Shown here one piece after another: positions 1 through 10,279 of a DNA stretch of 41,365 bases (positions are counted from its first letter, which is position 1; each line of letters starts with the position of its first letter). Source of the stretch: a virus (taxonomy: Duplodnaviria; Caudoviricetes); the IMG/VR virus record IMGVR_UViG_3300049009_000131, positions 1 to 41,365 of that record, one strand, 5' to 3'. The notes below the pieces were generated by a model. The model was not told the DNA's origin and searched no databases. It was given only the letters and a program-made list of their open reading frames with translations. A program made the translations under genes and the position numbers.

Positions 1-240
1 GGCTACCCCCGTACCCCCGTACCCCGGGTGTCTCTAGAAAGCCCTAGGAAGCCCCGTAGACGACCTTCCAGCATCTCCCCGCTACCCATGTAGCCAAAAG
101 ACCCTAAAGTCTCTGTACGACCTCCTGAGGGGCTTGTGGAGGCATATCGCTGTTTTAAGGCTACTGGGGGTGCTGGGGACATCTTTTCGCCACAATTCCC
201 CGACCTCGGAAGGCCCTTTAGGTGACTTTACCTAACCTGT
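1..240. repeat. Non-coding region of short C-rich repeats (TACCCCCG-like x3 at 4-26, CCTAAAG-like motifs); putative genome-end region
   Basis: No ORF; tandem 8-mers visible; resembles short-repeat regions near T7-like termini (inference); similar CCTAATG repeats at the window end. Confidence 0.45.
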
Positions 241-253
241 GGATTTCTTAAAG

Positions 254-291
254 CGATTTTGAAAAATGGCCCTTTACTACAACTATAGAGG
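254..291 (+). promoter_or_regulatory. Putative phage RNAP promoter for the virion module (+1 probably G288)
   Basis: CGATTTTGAAAAATGGCCCTTTACTACAACT matches 23832-23862 at 27/31 positions; followed by ATAGAGG, resembling the T7-type ACTATAG initiation region. Confidence 0.75.
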
Positions 292-299
292 AAGCCCAA

Positions 300-620
300 G
301 CCTACCCTTAGTTACTAAAGTTAACTAAAGACACATTTAGGACACAATTAGAGGACCTAGAGGTGTAACTTAAGGTAACTAGATTATCATCATTAGTATC
401 AACTATAGACCACTTAAGTTACTAATGCTAACGATAGTAACTATAGTCCTCTTAAAGCTACTTAAAGTGACCTGAGTTATCATCATTGTAATCACTATGA
501 TCATCACTCTAGTCACCTTAAGCAGCTTAAAGCTCCCCTAGTTACATTAGTTAACATATGTAACCTTCTTATTGTCGTAGCTCTCTTCATGTTACTTATG
601 TAACGAAAAGCCCTTTTTAT
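300..620. other. AT-rich region of short palindromes (GTTAAC, CTTAAG, CTATAG, GTAAC/GTTAC); candidate replication origin or end-processing region
   Basis: Non-coding, strongly AT-shifted, directly downstream of a phage promoter as in the T7 phiOR/primary origin arrangement (inference). Confidence 0.4.
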
Positions 621-688
621 TCGATAGGAACCTTTGATGTTCCTCACACCTCCCTTTCACGTCTCCCGTTTTTTGAAGGAACCTTCCG

Positions 689-1498
689 ATGGCATTGGAA
701 AGCGCCACCTACATTAGTGATCTGGTGTCTACCAATCCGACATCTTCAGATAACCTTTCGCAGGGCGATGATCACCTTCGTCTACTTAAGTCTACCATCA
801 AAGCTACGTTCCCCAATGTATCGGGAGCAGTTCTTCCGACCCATACGGAACTCAACTATGTCGATGGTGTTACGTCGTCTATTCAGACGCAGCTTGATGC
901 TAAGGCTGTCTTAGCGAGTGCCAACACGTTTACGGGTAACCAGACGATCAATGGCAATCTTACCGTCTCAGGAGCGGTCAGCGGGGTTTTCCCGTCTGGT
1001 ACCAAGATGCTCTTTCAGCAGACTGCCGCGCCGACTGGATGGACGAAAGACACGACCCACAACGACAAGGCGCTCCGCGTTGTCTCTGGTGCCGCTAGTT
1101 CAGGCGGAACTGTCGCCTTTAGCACTGCCTTCGCCAATCGCACGGTCTCCGGCAACGTCGACAACTTTACTGCTACGGGCACGGTCGGCGGCACGGCGCT
1201 CACTGTCGGCCAGCTTCCGGGCCACCAGCACTTTATTGCTGCTGTTGATGTAGTGCAGACAACCCCGGCTCTTTCAGCCACTAATTACGTGTCAAGAGTA
1301 AGAAGCGATACGAATAACTCCCCGAATTACACCCTTACGGGTACGACTGTAGACGCCACGCTGGGCCTTACCAGCGCGACTGGCTCCGGCGAAACTCACA
1401 CACACACCTTCACCGGAACCGCGCACAACCACTCCTTCACGACCACGCTCGACATCGCCGTCCAGTACGTCGACCTCATCATTGCGACAAAGAACTAA
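689..1498 (+). CDS. Tail fibre protein
   Basis: SD AAGGA; N-terminal LESATYISDL...GDDHLRLLKS podovirus fibre anchor; collar-like FQQTAAPTGWTK; HxH motifs (HQH, HTH, HNH) typical of metal-binding fibre tips. Confidence 0.8.
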   Translation: MALESATYISDLVSTNPTSSDNLSQGDDHLRLLKSTIKATFPNVSGAVLPTHTELNYVDGVTSSIQTQLDAKAVLASANTFTGNQTINGNLTVSGAVSGVFPSGTKMLFQQTAAPTGWTKDTTHNDKALRVVSGAASSGGTVAFSTAFANRTVSGNVDNFTATGTVGGTALTVGQLPGHQHFIAAVDVVQTTPALSATNYVSRVRSDTNNSPNYTLTGTTVDATLGLTSATGSGETHTHTFTGTAHNHSFTTTLDIAVQYVDLIIATKN

Positions 1499-1500
1499 AT

Positions 1501-1809
1501 ATGCAGCTTAAACCCGGCACCTTCTGTCCGCTGATCAAGGGTGAGTGCAAGGGGCTCCAGTGCAACTGGTTCACCCAAGTGCGTGGCACGAACCCGAACA
1601 CCGGTAAGGACGTCGATGAGTGGGGCTGCGCCATTACGTGGCTCCCCGTGCTCCTCATCGAGAACTCCCAGCAGCAGCGCCACACGGGTGCCTCTGTCGA
1701 GAGCTTCCGCAATGAGATGGTGAAGGCCAACGAAACGAGCCAGCAGGTTCTTCTAAAGAGCCTCCTCGTGTCTTCCGCACCCCCCGATCTCAAGCTTATC
1801 TCCAGTTAA
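1501..1809 (+). CDS. Conserved Cys-rich phage protein that commonly follows tail fibre genes (possible fibre chaperone)
   Basis: CPL..C...C.WF...G.NPNTG...DEWGCA..WLP.L.IEN motif; adjacent to the fibre gene. Confidence 0.65.
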   Translation: MQLKPGTFCPLIKGECKGLQCNWFTQVRGTNPNTGKDVDEWGCAITWLPVLLIENSQQQRHTGASVESFRNEMVKANETSQQVLLKSLLVSSAPPDLKLISS

Positions 1810-1826
1810 CGAAGGACTCCCCCACA

Positions 1827-3701
1827 ATGGTCTTAGCAGCGTCTGGCCCTTCATCCGCCGCTGGGGCCACTATGAAGTCGGCTTCTCAGTCAGCCTCTCG
1901 CTCCACCGGACCCGGAGGTCCCAACGGCCCCAATAGCGGCCCAAGTTCCTCAGGTTCCGGCCCTCGTGGACCCGCAGGCCCCTCGAACTCCCAGCCGCGC
2001 TCGTCTCCCGCAGGTAACGCAGGTGGAGCCCCCGGCAGCACCTCGCGCACCTCGAACGGAGGTCTCGGCCAAGGTGGACAGGGGAACAGTGGTTACGGGG
2101 GTAGCTACGGTGGACCCGGAGGTCCCAATGGTCCCAACAGTGGACCTTCGTCCGGAGGTGGCTTCAAGGGCTCTACGACCTCAAGTATCGGCAGTGCCGC
2201 AAGTGCTCAACGATCCTCTGCACAAGCCTCCGGTAACATGGGTTACGTGGGTGGCCCCCCGAATGCTGCCGCTGCGAGGGCTTCTGCGGCTCTCAACGCG
2301 GGCCTAAGTGGCGGAGCTACGCCCCTCGGTAGGCCCACCGCTGGCGCTCTGAACACCTCGCAAGCTATAGGTGTCGGTAGTAGCGTTGTACGTTCGCCAT
2401 CCGGGGCTGCTTTAGGTAGCTTCAGGACGGCTACGGAGCCCGTGGTTCGGAATTACCTTTCGTCTCCTCAGAATATCGCTGATCAACAGGCCGGATGGTC
2501 AAACTTGTCTCAGCGAGCGCGGGCTAATGTCGTTGCTCGTGACGTCCTTAGTCGCCCCGGCATGGTGACGCCTAGCGCTCCTTCGGGTCAGTTCGGCCCC
2601 CGTACGAACGCAGGCTCTAAGTACCTCCGCGATGCCATGCAGATGGGTATGATCACCACGGGGATGCCCTCCGAGTTGAGTGGTATGCCCACGCAACCTC
2701 AGGGCACTTACAGCGGCTATGGGAACTTCAATGTCCCTAATACCACTCCGATGTCGGTACGGTCAGCTTCCTTTGGTCCCCCTGCTGTCTCAGGTCTTAA
2801 CGAGAGCATCGTCAACAAGAACCAGACGGCAAGTCCGGTCACGACCCTTCCTGATGGTACCCGTGTCGCCAGCAATCAGTATCAAGAGGTCTTCAAGACA
2901 CCCCCGGCAACCTCTGTCCCCTCGTGGCGACAGGGTTCATACGTAGGCCCAGAAGAGCGCATCCTTGCGGTCGAAGACGTTCCGCCTCTCGGTACGTCAG
3001 TCCAAGGTGGCCTTGGTGCCTTAGGTATCACTTCGCCCGTACAGTCCGTCCAGCCCCTCAGGGTTCCCGCTCTTAGTACCGGGGAACAGCGTGATGCGTT
3101 TTACGGAGGTGGACCTTCGGCACCTCGTCAAGTTGCTTCGGGAACTACGCTACCAAGCAACCAGCAATCGACCTACACGGGTCCCGTTGCACCTATCGCC
3201 CCTGCGTCCACCCCGATTGACGGTGTGATGAAGGATGAAGCTTACAGTTACCCAGTCAAGCCTTACGGCAAGGCGCGTCAACAGAGCATCGATGCTGCCG
3301 TTGGTGTTCTCCCCGTTATCGGCCAGATCAACTCGGGCCTTCAGCCCTTCGGGTACTCCGCTGGTAACATCTTCGTAGACGAAGAGAACAAGCTCGCCAA
3401 CATGACGCCTGAGCAACGGGATCGCTATCGTTCCTATTGGTCCGATAAGCGGGCCAACTCTCCGGGCAGGGGCGATGAGTCCCGTGGTAGTCGTTATGAA
3501 AGCACGGCGCTCCAAGCGTATCGTAATTCCTCTACCGCTAGCAACAAGCCCACCTCAGGGAACAATGGCGCGGGCGGTGCTTGGGAAGCCGATGCAAAGA
3601 CCTATGGCTACTCTGAGGCCCAGCTAAAGGACCCGGAGACCCGTGGTCTCATCAAGCAACTTTGGGACATGGGGTTCATCCCTAAATCAACTCCCGCATA
3701 A
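1827..3701 (+). CDS. Large Gly/Ser/Pro-rich low-complexity protein, possibly virion or ejection associated
   Basis: 624-aa ORF, SD GAAGGA, fills the gap between virion genes; duplicated GPGGPNGPNSGPSS. Confidence 0.6.
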   Translation: MVLAASGPSSAAGATMKSASQSASRSTGPGGPNGPNSGPSSSGSGPRGPAGPSNSQPRSSPAGNAGGAPGSTSRTSNGGLGQGGQGNSGYGGSYGGPGGPNGPNSGPSSGGGFKGSTTSSIGSAASAQRSSAQASGNMGYVGGPPNAAAARASAALNAGLSGGATPLGRPTAGALNTSQAIGVGSSVVRSPSGAALGSFRTATEPVVRNYLSSPQNIADQQAGWSNLSQRARANVVARDVLSRPGMVTPSAPSGQFGPRTNAGSKYLRDAMQMGMITTGMPSELSGMPTQPQGTYSGYGNFNVPNTTPMSVRSASFGPPAVSGLNESIVNKNQTASPVTTLPDGTRVASNQYQEVFKTPPATSVPSWRQGSYVGPEERILAVEDVPPLGTSVQGGLGALGITSPVQSVQPLRVPALSTGEQRDAFYGGGPSAPRQVASGTTLPSNQQSTYTGPVAPIAPASTPIDGVMKDEAYSYPVKPYGKARQQSIDAAVGVLPVIGQINSGLQPFGYSAGNIFVDEENKLANMTPEQRDRYRSYWSDKRANSPGRGDESRGSRYESTALQAYRNSSTASNKPTSGNNGAGGAWEADAKTYGYSEAQLKDPETRGLIKQLWDMGFIPKSTPA

Positions 3702-3712
3702 GGAACGTCACA

Positions 3713-5326
3713 ATGCCAATTCTACCGATCCGTAACCTCGGTCAGATTGGTGTCATTACTGACGTGAACTCTTACGACCTTCCGCCAAACGCTGTCTCGA
3801 TGGCGAACAACGCCCGCTTTGATGACGGTAAGATCAAACGATCCTTCGTGTACCGGAGTGTGCTGAATACGACCTCAGCTACTCCGGTCTTCACGTTCAC
3901 CTACGAGATACCGAGTGGCTACGACAAGATCGGCATTGCAGATCGTAATGGTCGCGTGTGGTTCTACAGTAGCGGTACGGAAGACGAGGTATCGGAAGGG
4001 ACGTGGACAGCATCCACTGACAACGCCCCGTACACCTATACCTACCTTCAGGGTGTCGGATATCTCAATCGTGTCGATAGGGTCCCTTGGTTCTACAAGG
4101 ACGGCTCTACGGACTTCGCGAAGCTGACCAACTGGGACTCGACGTGGCGCTGTCGCTCACTTCGGGCTTTCAAGGACTACCTTTTGGCACTCAACGTGAC
4201 CAAGGGTTCCGCAGTGTACCCCACGATGGTCAAGTGGTCGGACATTGCCCAGTACAACGCAGTCCCCGCTTCGTGGGACGCCACGCTGACGACGAACTCC
4301 GCAGGTGAAAACACGCTTGCCGAAATGAAGACCCCAATCCTCGATGGTCTTCCGCTGCGGGATGTTTTTATTCTGTACAGCCAAGAGCAAGTGTGGATGA
4401 TGGAGGAGACGGGGGATGCCCTCGTGTTCCGCTTCCGCAAGCTTTTCGAGAACGTTGGTATCATCAATACCAATTGCTGCGTAGAGGTCGATGGTCGCCA
4501 TTTCGTCTTTGGCTTTGACGATATCTACGTCCACGATGGTAACAGTGTTGAGTCTATCCTTGATGGTCGCAACTGGCATTACGTCTACAACAATCTGAAC
4601 AAGTCCGAGACCAACAAGTTCTGGGTACAGCACAACCCGTACTCCTCCGAGATCATGTTTGCGTATGTCTCGGGAGACGCTAACGCCAACTTCATTGCTA
4701 CGGTATATCCGAACCGTGCAGCGGTCTACAACTACAAGAACCAAACGTGGTCCTTCGTAGACCTCCCGCTGGCGTCCCGTCCTACCTCCGCTAACTTCTC
4801 GACCTCGACCACCTACGCAAACGCGACGGGCTCTTGGGACGCTACAGGCGGCACTTGGTACGACCAAGACGAAGCTGGAGATGACGTCCTGTTTATGGCG
4901 GGTGTCGCGAGTGCCTCTAATGGTATCACGGCCTCTCGCCTCTACGGCTACGAAGAGCCAAACGGCGGCGTTCTTCCTTTTGACATCAACACGGAAGCCA
5001 CAAAGCCCATGTTTGTCGAGCGGATCGCCATTGATCTGGACGACACCGGGGAAGAACTGAGGGCCTACAAGGTCATCAAGAGCATCTACCCACAGGTCGA
5101 AGTCAGGTCACCTACACAAACCGTCGATTTCAAGTTCGATGGTGTTGAGTTCCCCGGATCGTCCGTCACTTGGTCAACTCAAGTCAGCTTTACGCCTAAC
5201 TCTGGATACAAAGTGGATACCCGAGAGAACGGACGTTACCTTGCGTGGCGAATGGAAAGCACGGACAACAATGACTTTGAGGTCTCAGGGTTCGACCTTG
5301 ATGTCGTAACGACCGGAAGGCGCTAA
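3713..5326 (+). CDS. Tail nozzle / tail tubular (stabilisation) protein
   Basis: 537 aa, beta-rich; N-terminal G.I.D...DLPPNA.S.A.N.RF motif; VKWSD; C-terminal GRYL...GFDL...GRR pattern of podovirus nozzle proteins. Confidence 0.75.
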   Translation: MPILPIRNLGQIGVITDVNSYDLPPNAVSMANNARFDDGKIKRSFVYRSVLNTTSATPVFTFTYEIPSGYDKIGIADRNGRVWFYSSGTEDEVSEGTWTASTDNAPYTYTYLQGVGYLNRVDRVPWFYKDGSTDFAKLTNWDSTWRCRSLRAFKDYLLALNVTKGSAVYPTMVKWSDIAQYNAVPASWDATLTTNSAGENTLAEMKTPILDGLPLRDVFILYSQEQVWMMEETGDALVFRFRKLFENVGIINTNCCVEVDGRHFVFGFDDIYVHDGNSVESILDGRNWHYVYNNLNKSETNKFWVQHNPYSSEIMFAYVSGDANANFIATVYPNRAAVYNYKNQTWSFVDLPLASRPTSANFSTSTTYANATGSWDATGGTWYDQDEAGDDVLFMAGVASASNGITASRLYGYEEPNGGVLPFDINTEATKPMFVERIAIDLDDTGEELRAYKVIKSIYPQVEVRSPTQTVDFKFDGVEFPGSSVTWSTQVSFTPNSGYKVDTRENGRYLAWRMESTDNNDFEVSGFDLDVVTTGRR

Positions 5327-5331
5327 CGCCA

Positions 5332-5640
5332 ATGGCTTATGACATCAAAGACCTTGTGATCGTCCCGTATCGTCGGGCCTCACAGCCACTGTTGTCCCAC
5401 GGAAAGTCACCCGAAGACATCGAACGTTCCCACAAGAACCTTCACGTCTACCTTGCGACCGAGTTCCGCAAGCTTGAGCAAACGCTCGCAACCCTCGTCA
5501 GTGCGTCTCCTCAGGTTGCCTTTAAGGAACCGAGCGAGGTCATGACGGGGATGATCCGATACGCCAAGGCACCTTGGGACCCTTTGGGGACCGGGGATGC
5601 GTGGGTCTATTGGGACGGTTCTGCTTGGGCCGCATTGTAA
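5332..5640 (+). CDS. Small virion protein
   Basis: YL..E.RKLE...GMIRYA..PWDP...G....YWDG..W; located between nozzle and ejection genes. Confidence 0.6.
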   Translation: MAYDIKDLVIVPYRRASQPLLSHGKSPEDIERSHKNLHVYLATEFRKLEQTLATLVSASPQVAFKEPSEVMTGMIRYAKAPWDPLGTGDAWVYWDGSAWAAL

Positions 5641-5669
5641 CACAATATCTTTTTTGAGGAATAAAAACG

Positions 5670-6725
5670 ATGGGTCTTTGGGACACCGTAGCCAGCGTGG
5701 GGTCAACCCTAGTCGGTGGCCTTCTCGGAGGCTCAAGCGGTTCAAACGCTAACAACGCTTCTGCAAAAACCACGACAGCCCCTTGGAAAGTACAGCAGCC
5801 TTATCTCCTTGGCGGCTTTTCGGACGCTGCCAGTGCCTACAACTCTCTCAAGTCGCAGCCGTTCTATCAGGGTGACCTGTACGCTGGCATGACGCCGCTA
5901 CAGAACCAAGCCATCGCTGGTACGCAGAACTTTGCGACCGGGGCAGGGACCGATACGGCCTCAAACATGCTTGGGGCTTCTAACGCCTCTCTCAATGGAG
6001 CAGGCGGACAGATGATGGCTGGCGGGGCCTTGATGGGCTTTAACCCCGGCAACGCCACGATGGGCAACATCGCGGACGCGGGGATGTACGCCGATAACCC
6101 CTACATGAGCGGTATGATCGACGCGGCGTCCCGTGACGTTACGCGCAACCTTACCGAAGACGTCCTCCCCGGCATTAACCGCCTTGGGTCGGCTACTGGT
6201 AACACCAACTCCTCGCGTACTGGTGTTGCTGAAGGTATCGCCCTTCGTGGTGCTCAAGACCGCCTTGGTGACATTTCGGCGGGCATGCGCGGTGACGCAT
6301 ATCAGCAGGGCCTTTCGCTCGCTGAGAATGCCCGTGGCGCAAACATGAACGCCCGCCTTAACTCCCTCACGAACGCAGGTAACATCTACGGCAATGCGTT
6401 CGGTCAGGGTCTTCAGGGCACCGCAGCGGGCCTTACCGCAGGCTACAATAACCTCGATGCTCTCAGCAAGGCAGGCGCACTGCAACAGCAGGACCAGCAG
6501 GGCCAGATGAACGCGGACTTTGCCAAGTGGCAGGGCGGCGACCAGCGGGCCTTCGATCTTCTGGATCGCTACATGCAGGCTGTCGGTGGCTCCTATGGTT
6601 CCACCAAGACTTCTTCGGCAGACAACGGTCAGCCTACGTGGATGAACACGCTTCAGGGTGCCGTTGGCGGCGCTTCGGCAGGTTTGGGCCTCTATGGGCA
6701 GTACAAAGACATATTCAGTAAATAA
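5670..6725 (+). CDS. Internal virion / DNA ejection protein
   Basis: SD GAGGA; Gly/Ala/Gln-rich with glycine-zipper ends; PW..QQPYL and NPYM motifs. Confidence 0.65.
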   Translation: MGLWDTVASVGSTLVGGLLGGSSGSNANNASAKTTTAPWKVQQPYLLGGFSDAASAYNSLKSQPFYQGDLYAGMTPLQNQAIAGTQNFATGAGTDTASNMLGASNASLNGAGGQMMAGGALMGFNPGNATMGNIADAGMYADNPYMSGMIDAASRDVTRNLTEDVLPGINRLGSATGNTNSSRTGVAEGIALRGAQDRLGDISAGMRGDAYQQGLSLAENARGANMNARLNSLTNAGNIYGNAFGQGLQGTAAGLTAGYNNLDALSKAGALQQQDQQGQMNADFAKWQGGDQRAFDLLDRYMQAVGGSYGSTKTSSADNGQPTWMNTLQGAVGGASAGLGLYGQYKDIFSK

Positions 6726-6739
6726 CGGAGGCATCTTCG

Positions 6740-8038
6740 ATGGCCGCAATCTACGATGCCCAAGGTAACTACATGGGGGACGATGGTCTACCAGAACCCG
6801 GCGCTCTTATGCAGCCGTCCCCGGTAGCACCTATCGCTGGCACTGCGCCCCTTGCGGGCACGGCGGCTCTGTCGGCTCCTGTGGCCCCCGCGATGCCCCA
6901 GATGCCTCAGCCTGCTTTGGAGCAGCCTGCGGACGTTATGGGCTATGGTCTACCTGAGGGTGTCCTTGGTCCCAGCACGTACGCCGAACCCATCATGGGC
7001 GAAGGTGTCCTCATGGCTGCGGGCGCTCCTGAGGGTGCCCTTATGCAACCCCAGCAGGACACAGGTCTCTTCAGCTTCCTTAACAAGCCGGGGGCTTCAG
7101 ACAGCCTCGTGGCGTTTGGCAGCGCGATGCTGCGGGCTCCCACGTTCGGTGAAGGTCTCGCCAATGCAGCGGATGCTGTGACGCAGGTGGCCCAGCAGTA
7201 TCGTGAGCCGACCCCGCGTGAGATTTCACTTGCCCAGATGCGGGGTAAGCTCGCAAGGTCCGCAAGTGGTCAGGATGTTCCTTCGTATCAGAAGGGCGAC
7301 ATTTGGTATGCCCCCGGTGGCGGGGCGTATCGTGAGGTCTTCGATCCGACCTCAGGTTCCAAGTTTATGAATATCCAAACGGGTCAGATGGTCCAGATGC
7401 TTCCTGAGGGTTCTCAGCAGCGTGTGGATAGCGGTATGGGCGAGCGTTCGCGTGATGAGCAGAAGATGCTTACAACCGTTCGTGACTCCGCCGACAAGGC
7501 GTTCTCTAACCTTCAGCTTTACGATGACCTTGAGTCCTTGATACCGACCTCCGGTACAGGCCCTGATGTTGTCTCGCAGGCCAAGCGTGGCTTTGTGCAG
7601 GCTACGGGTATCGACCTCGAAGGTGTCGATCTTAGCGACATGCAGGTTGTCAACTCGCTTGTTCGTCAGCTTGAGCTTCAGATGGCAGAGTCCCAGCGTG
7701 GCCTTGGTCAGCTTACCGAAGCTGAGCGTGACATCATTCGTCAGTCGCTAGTCACTCTCGATAGCAATCCGCAGGCCATTCGCCAGATCATTGGAACGCT
7801 CCGTACCCGCGCCGAAAAGGCACAGCGTCTTTACGGAGAGTGGATGGACATGCCGAGTGACGTCAAGCAGTCCCAATACAACGGGTCGTTCGAGAACTTC
7901 TCTTGGTATTGGAAAAAGGCAAACTCGGGCTCTCGCGGCTCGACCGGAGGTGGACCTGCCGTTGGTGCGGTCCAAGACGGATATCGATTTAAAGGCGGCG
8001 ATCCCGCTGCTGAAACCAGTTGGGAAAAGGTAAACTAA
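6740..8038 (+). CDS. Internal virion / DNA ejection protein
   Basis: SD GGAGG; Pro-rich N-terminus, helical core, C-terminal VG.VQDGYRFKGGDP...WEKV motif. Confidence 0.6.
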   Translation: MAAIYDAQGNYMGDDGLPEPGALMQPSPVAPIAGTAPLAGTAALSAPVAPAMPQMPQPALEQPADVMGYGLPEGVLGPSTYAEPIMGEGVLMAAGAPEGALMQPQQDTGLFSFLNKPGASDSLVAFGSAMLRAPTFGEGLANAADAVTQVAQQYREPTPREISLAQMRGKLARSASGQDVPSYQKGDIWYAPGGGAYREVFDPTSGSKFMNIQTGQMVQMLPEGSQQRVDSGMGERSRDEQKMLTTVRDSADKAFSNLQLYDDLESLIPTSGTGPDVVSQAKRGFVQATGIDLEGVDLSDMQVVNSLVRQLELQMAESQRGLGQLTEAERDIIRQSLVTLDSNPQAIRQIIGTLRTRAEKAQRLYGEWMDMPSDVKQSQYNGSFENFSWYWKKANSGSRGSTGGGPAVGAVQDGYRFKGGDPAAETSWEKVN

Positions 8039-10267
8039 ATGGGCGCTCCGTGGGAAATGTACCAACAGAACGCGGCCCCGGCCTCTAAGGGGCCTTGGTC
8101 GAAGTACGGGTCTGGTGCAACTCCTGCGGAAGCCTCCGAGCCCCCCAAGCAGATCAACTACCAAGACGCTACTGACGATCCTACGTGGATCAAGAACGCC
8201 CGTACCCTTTACAAGGAAGTCAACAAGGCTGACCCCAAGGATGACTTTGAGGCCACAAACTTCCTCAAGGACTACCTGTACGACTTTAACTATCGTCTTG
8301 CAGGCTCCGACAAGGTAGGTCTTCGTAACACCTTTGGTGTCGCGAGCGACGTGGGTTCCTTCAGTCCTGAAGGTAAGCAGGCGTTCCTCGATGCCCAGCA
8401 ACAGTTCGAGGGCTTCGACACCACGCTTGCTGGCGTCCTTGAAGCTGGACAGCGCGTTATCACTGACCCTACGACCTATCTGGGTCTCGGGGGCGGTACG
8501 GTTGTCAAGCAGGGCGTCAAGGAAGGTATCAAAGAGACCGCCAAGCAGGGCCTCAAGAGGGGCTTGGTTCGCGGTGTCGGAACGGGTGCAGCTGAAGGTG
8601 CTGTGTACGCAGGTGCTTCCGATCTCGGTCAACAGCAGGCTCAAGTTAACGCAGGTGGACAAGAAGCCATCGACTACGGCCAGCTTGCGACTAACGCAGG
8701 CATTGGCGCAGGTGTCGGTGGTGCCGTAGGTGGCCTTGTGGGCGGCGTGAGTGGCTTTAAGGCCGAGCGTAACCCCACCGTACAGGCTGCTAGGCGCATC
8801 GTTGATGACCCAGAGAAGGCTGTACGTGGCGCTGAGATCACCCAGAAGCTCGCAGATGTCCAATCGACCCGTGACGCCCCAATGGGACTGTCTGACGTCA
8901 ATCAGGTCGTAGACCTTGAGCGCGAACAGATACTGACGAGCCTCAAGAACCTTGGGCTCCCTAAGGACGAATACAACCGTTACGCCTCTCTTCTCCGTAA
9001 GTCCCGCGGTGTTTCGGGGGATGACCTCGTAAAGCTTCGTGAGACCGAGACGGGCTCGCGTGTCGCGGACACTATAGAAGAGTTTAAGCAGTACCGAGAC
9101 ATGACGGCCCCCCGCGCCTCTGAAGGGGGTGTTAAGCGGGCTATTCGTGTTGGTCTTGACTACGCGCCTGTTCCTAAGGTTGTCGGTGACGCACTAAAGT
9201 ATGCGTTCCTGAAGCCGCGAGTTACGGGCGAAGAGCAGATATCCAAGATAGTAGAGCCTCGTAACCTAGAAATTGCTAAAGAGGTAATCCGTCTGCAAGG
9301 CCAGTCCGCAGCTACACGCGGTCGCCAAGAGCTTCTTGACGCTGGCTTGAACATGGCTCGCGCCCGCAAGACGATGCGTGAGACTCAGAAGGCACAAGAA
9401 GCCGCCGATCGCTCAAAGCGTCAGCAGGACTTCGAAGCCAAGCGTTCCGAGCGGATGAACATCAAGGACGCTACGACCTCCATGCGGTTCCAAGAGCGTA
9501 TGCTCAAGGAGCGTGCGCGTGTCGAAAAGGAAGCACAGCGAGCCACAGCCAAAGCAGAAGCGGATAACATCGCAACTGCCAAGCGGGCTATGGGTTTCCA
9601 GTGGAAGATAGAAGCGCAGAAAGCCCGAGAGACCTCTGGTAACATCTCGGACGCAAAGCGCTCTCAGTACTTCCAGATACGTATGGCCCAGCAGAGGGTC
9701 AAGGAAGAGCTTGAGGCTCAGAAGGCCCTTGATAGCCTTGAGAAGGCGCAAGTAACCGCCAAGACCAAGGAAGAACGCTCATTCAACAAGGCCCTTGCGG
9801 AAACAAACCGTATCATACGGTTCCGCAGAGCGATGGAACGGCTAAAGGCTTCCGAAGCAAGCGGCGCACCTGCTGAGACCATCAGCATCCCGCAGAGCGG
9901 TATGTCTCCGGGGATGGCCCCTAGGGCTCCGCGTGAGCGCAAGGCGGCTCCTGAAGGTATGTCCGCAGGGGAACGCAAGCAGTACTCCCGCGAAGGGGGC
10001 GACATCCGTAACCAACAGCGTTGGGAAGGCGGCAAGGCCACCATTCAGGAATACGAAGAGAACGCCCTTGAGATTGCAAAAGAGCAGCCCAAGGACCTTC
10101 GTCGTGTTCTTGAGAGAGCTATTGCTGACATGCGTTTGGCTAAAAACAATCAAGACAAGCGCGAGAAGTCGTATTTCGACGCCATCGATGCCGCAAGTCC
10201 GTTCGGGCCTGAGGCCCTACAGGTCGTTGATGACGCTCTGTACTTCCTTGTGCGGAAATACCAGTAA
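8039..10267 (+). CDS. Large internal virion / DNA ejection protein
   Basis: 742 aa; N-terminal PWE.Y/PWSKY repeats, DPTTYLG plus glycine zippers, long coiled coil. Confidence 0.65.
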   Translation: MGAPWEMYQQNAAPASKGPWSKYGSGATPAEASEPPKQINYQDATDDPTWIKNARTLYKEVNKADPKDDFEATNFLKDYLYDFNYRLAGSDKVGLRNTFGVASDVGSFSPEGKQAFLDAQQQFEGFDTTLAGVLEAGQRVITDPTTYLGLGGGTVVKQGVKEGIKETAKQGLKRGLVRGVGTGAAEGAVYAGASDLGQQQAQVNAGGQEAIDYGQLATNAGIGAGVGGAVGGLVGGVSGFKAERNPTVQAARRIVDDPEKAVRGAEITQKLADVQSTRDAPMGLSDVNQVVDLEREQILTSLKNLGLPKDEYNRYASLLRKSRGVSGDDLVKLRETETGSRVADTIEEFKQYRDMTAPRASEGGVKRAIRVGLDYAPVPKVVGDALKYAFLKPRVTGEEQISKIVEPRNLEIAKEVIRLQGQSAATRGRQELLDAGLNMARARKTMRETQKAQEAADRSKRQQDFEAKRSERMNIKDATTSMRFQERMLKERARVEKEAQRATAKAEADNIATAKRAMGFQWKIEAQKARETSGNISDAKRSQYFQIRMAQQRVKEELEAQKALDSLEKAQVTAKTKEERSFNKALAETNRIIRFRRAMERLKASEASGAPAETISIPQSGMSPGMAPRAPRERKAAPEGMSAGERKQYSREGGDIRNQQRWEGGKATIQEYEENALEIAKEQPKDLRRVLERAIADMRLAKNNQDKREKSYFDAIDAASPFGPEALQVVDDALYFLVRKYQ

Positions 10268-10279
10268 AGTGAGAGCATT

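Noticed and set aside
440-535. CtrA boxes (TTAA-N7-TTAA)
   Set aside because: TTAA pairs seen are spaced by 5 or 6 nt, not 7
7748-8863. 371-aa minus-strand ORF, and other long antisense ORFs such as 4157-4867, 5961-6749, 33540-34244, 36411-37118
   Set aside because: Shadow frames opposite well-supported + strand genes; no motifs or RBS
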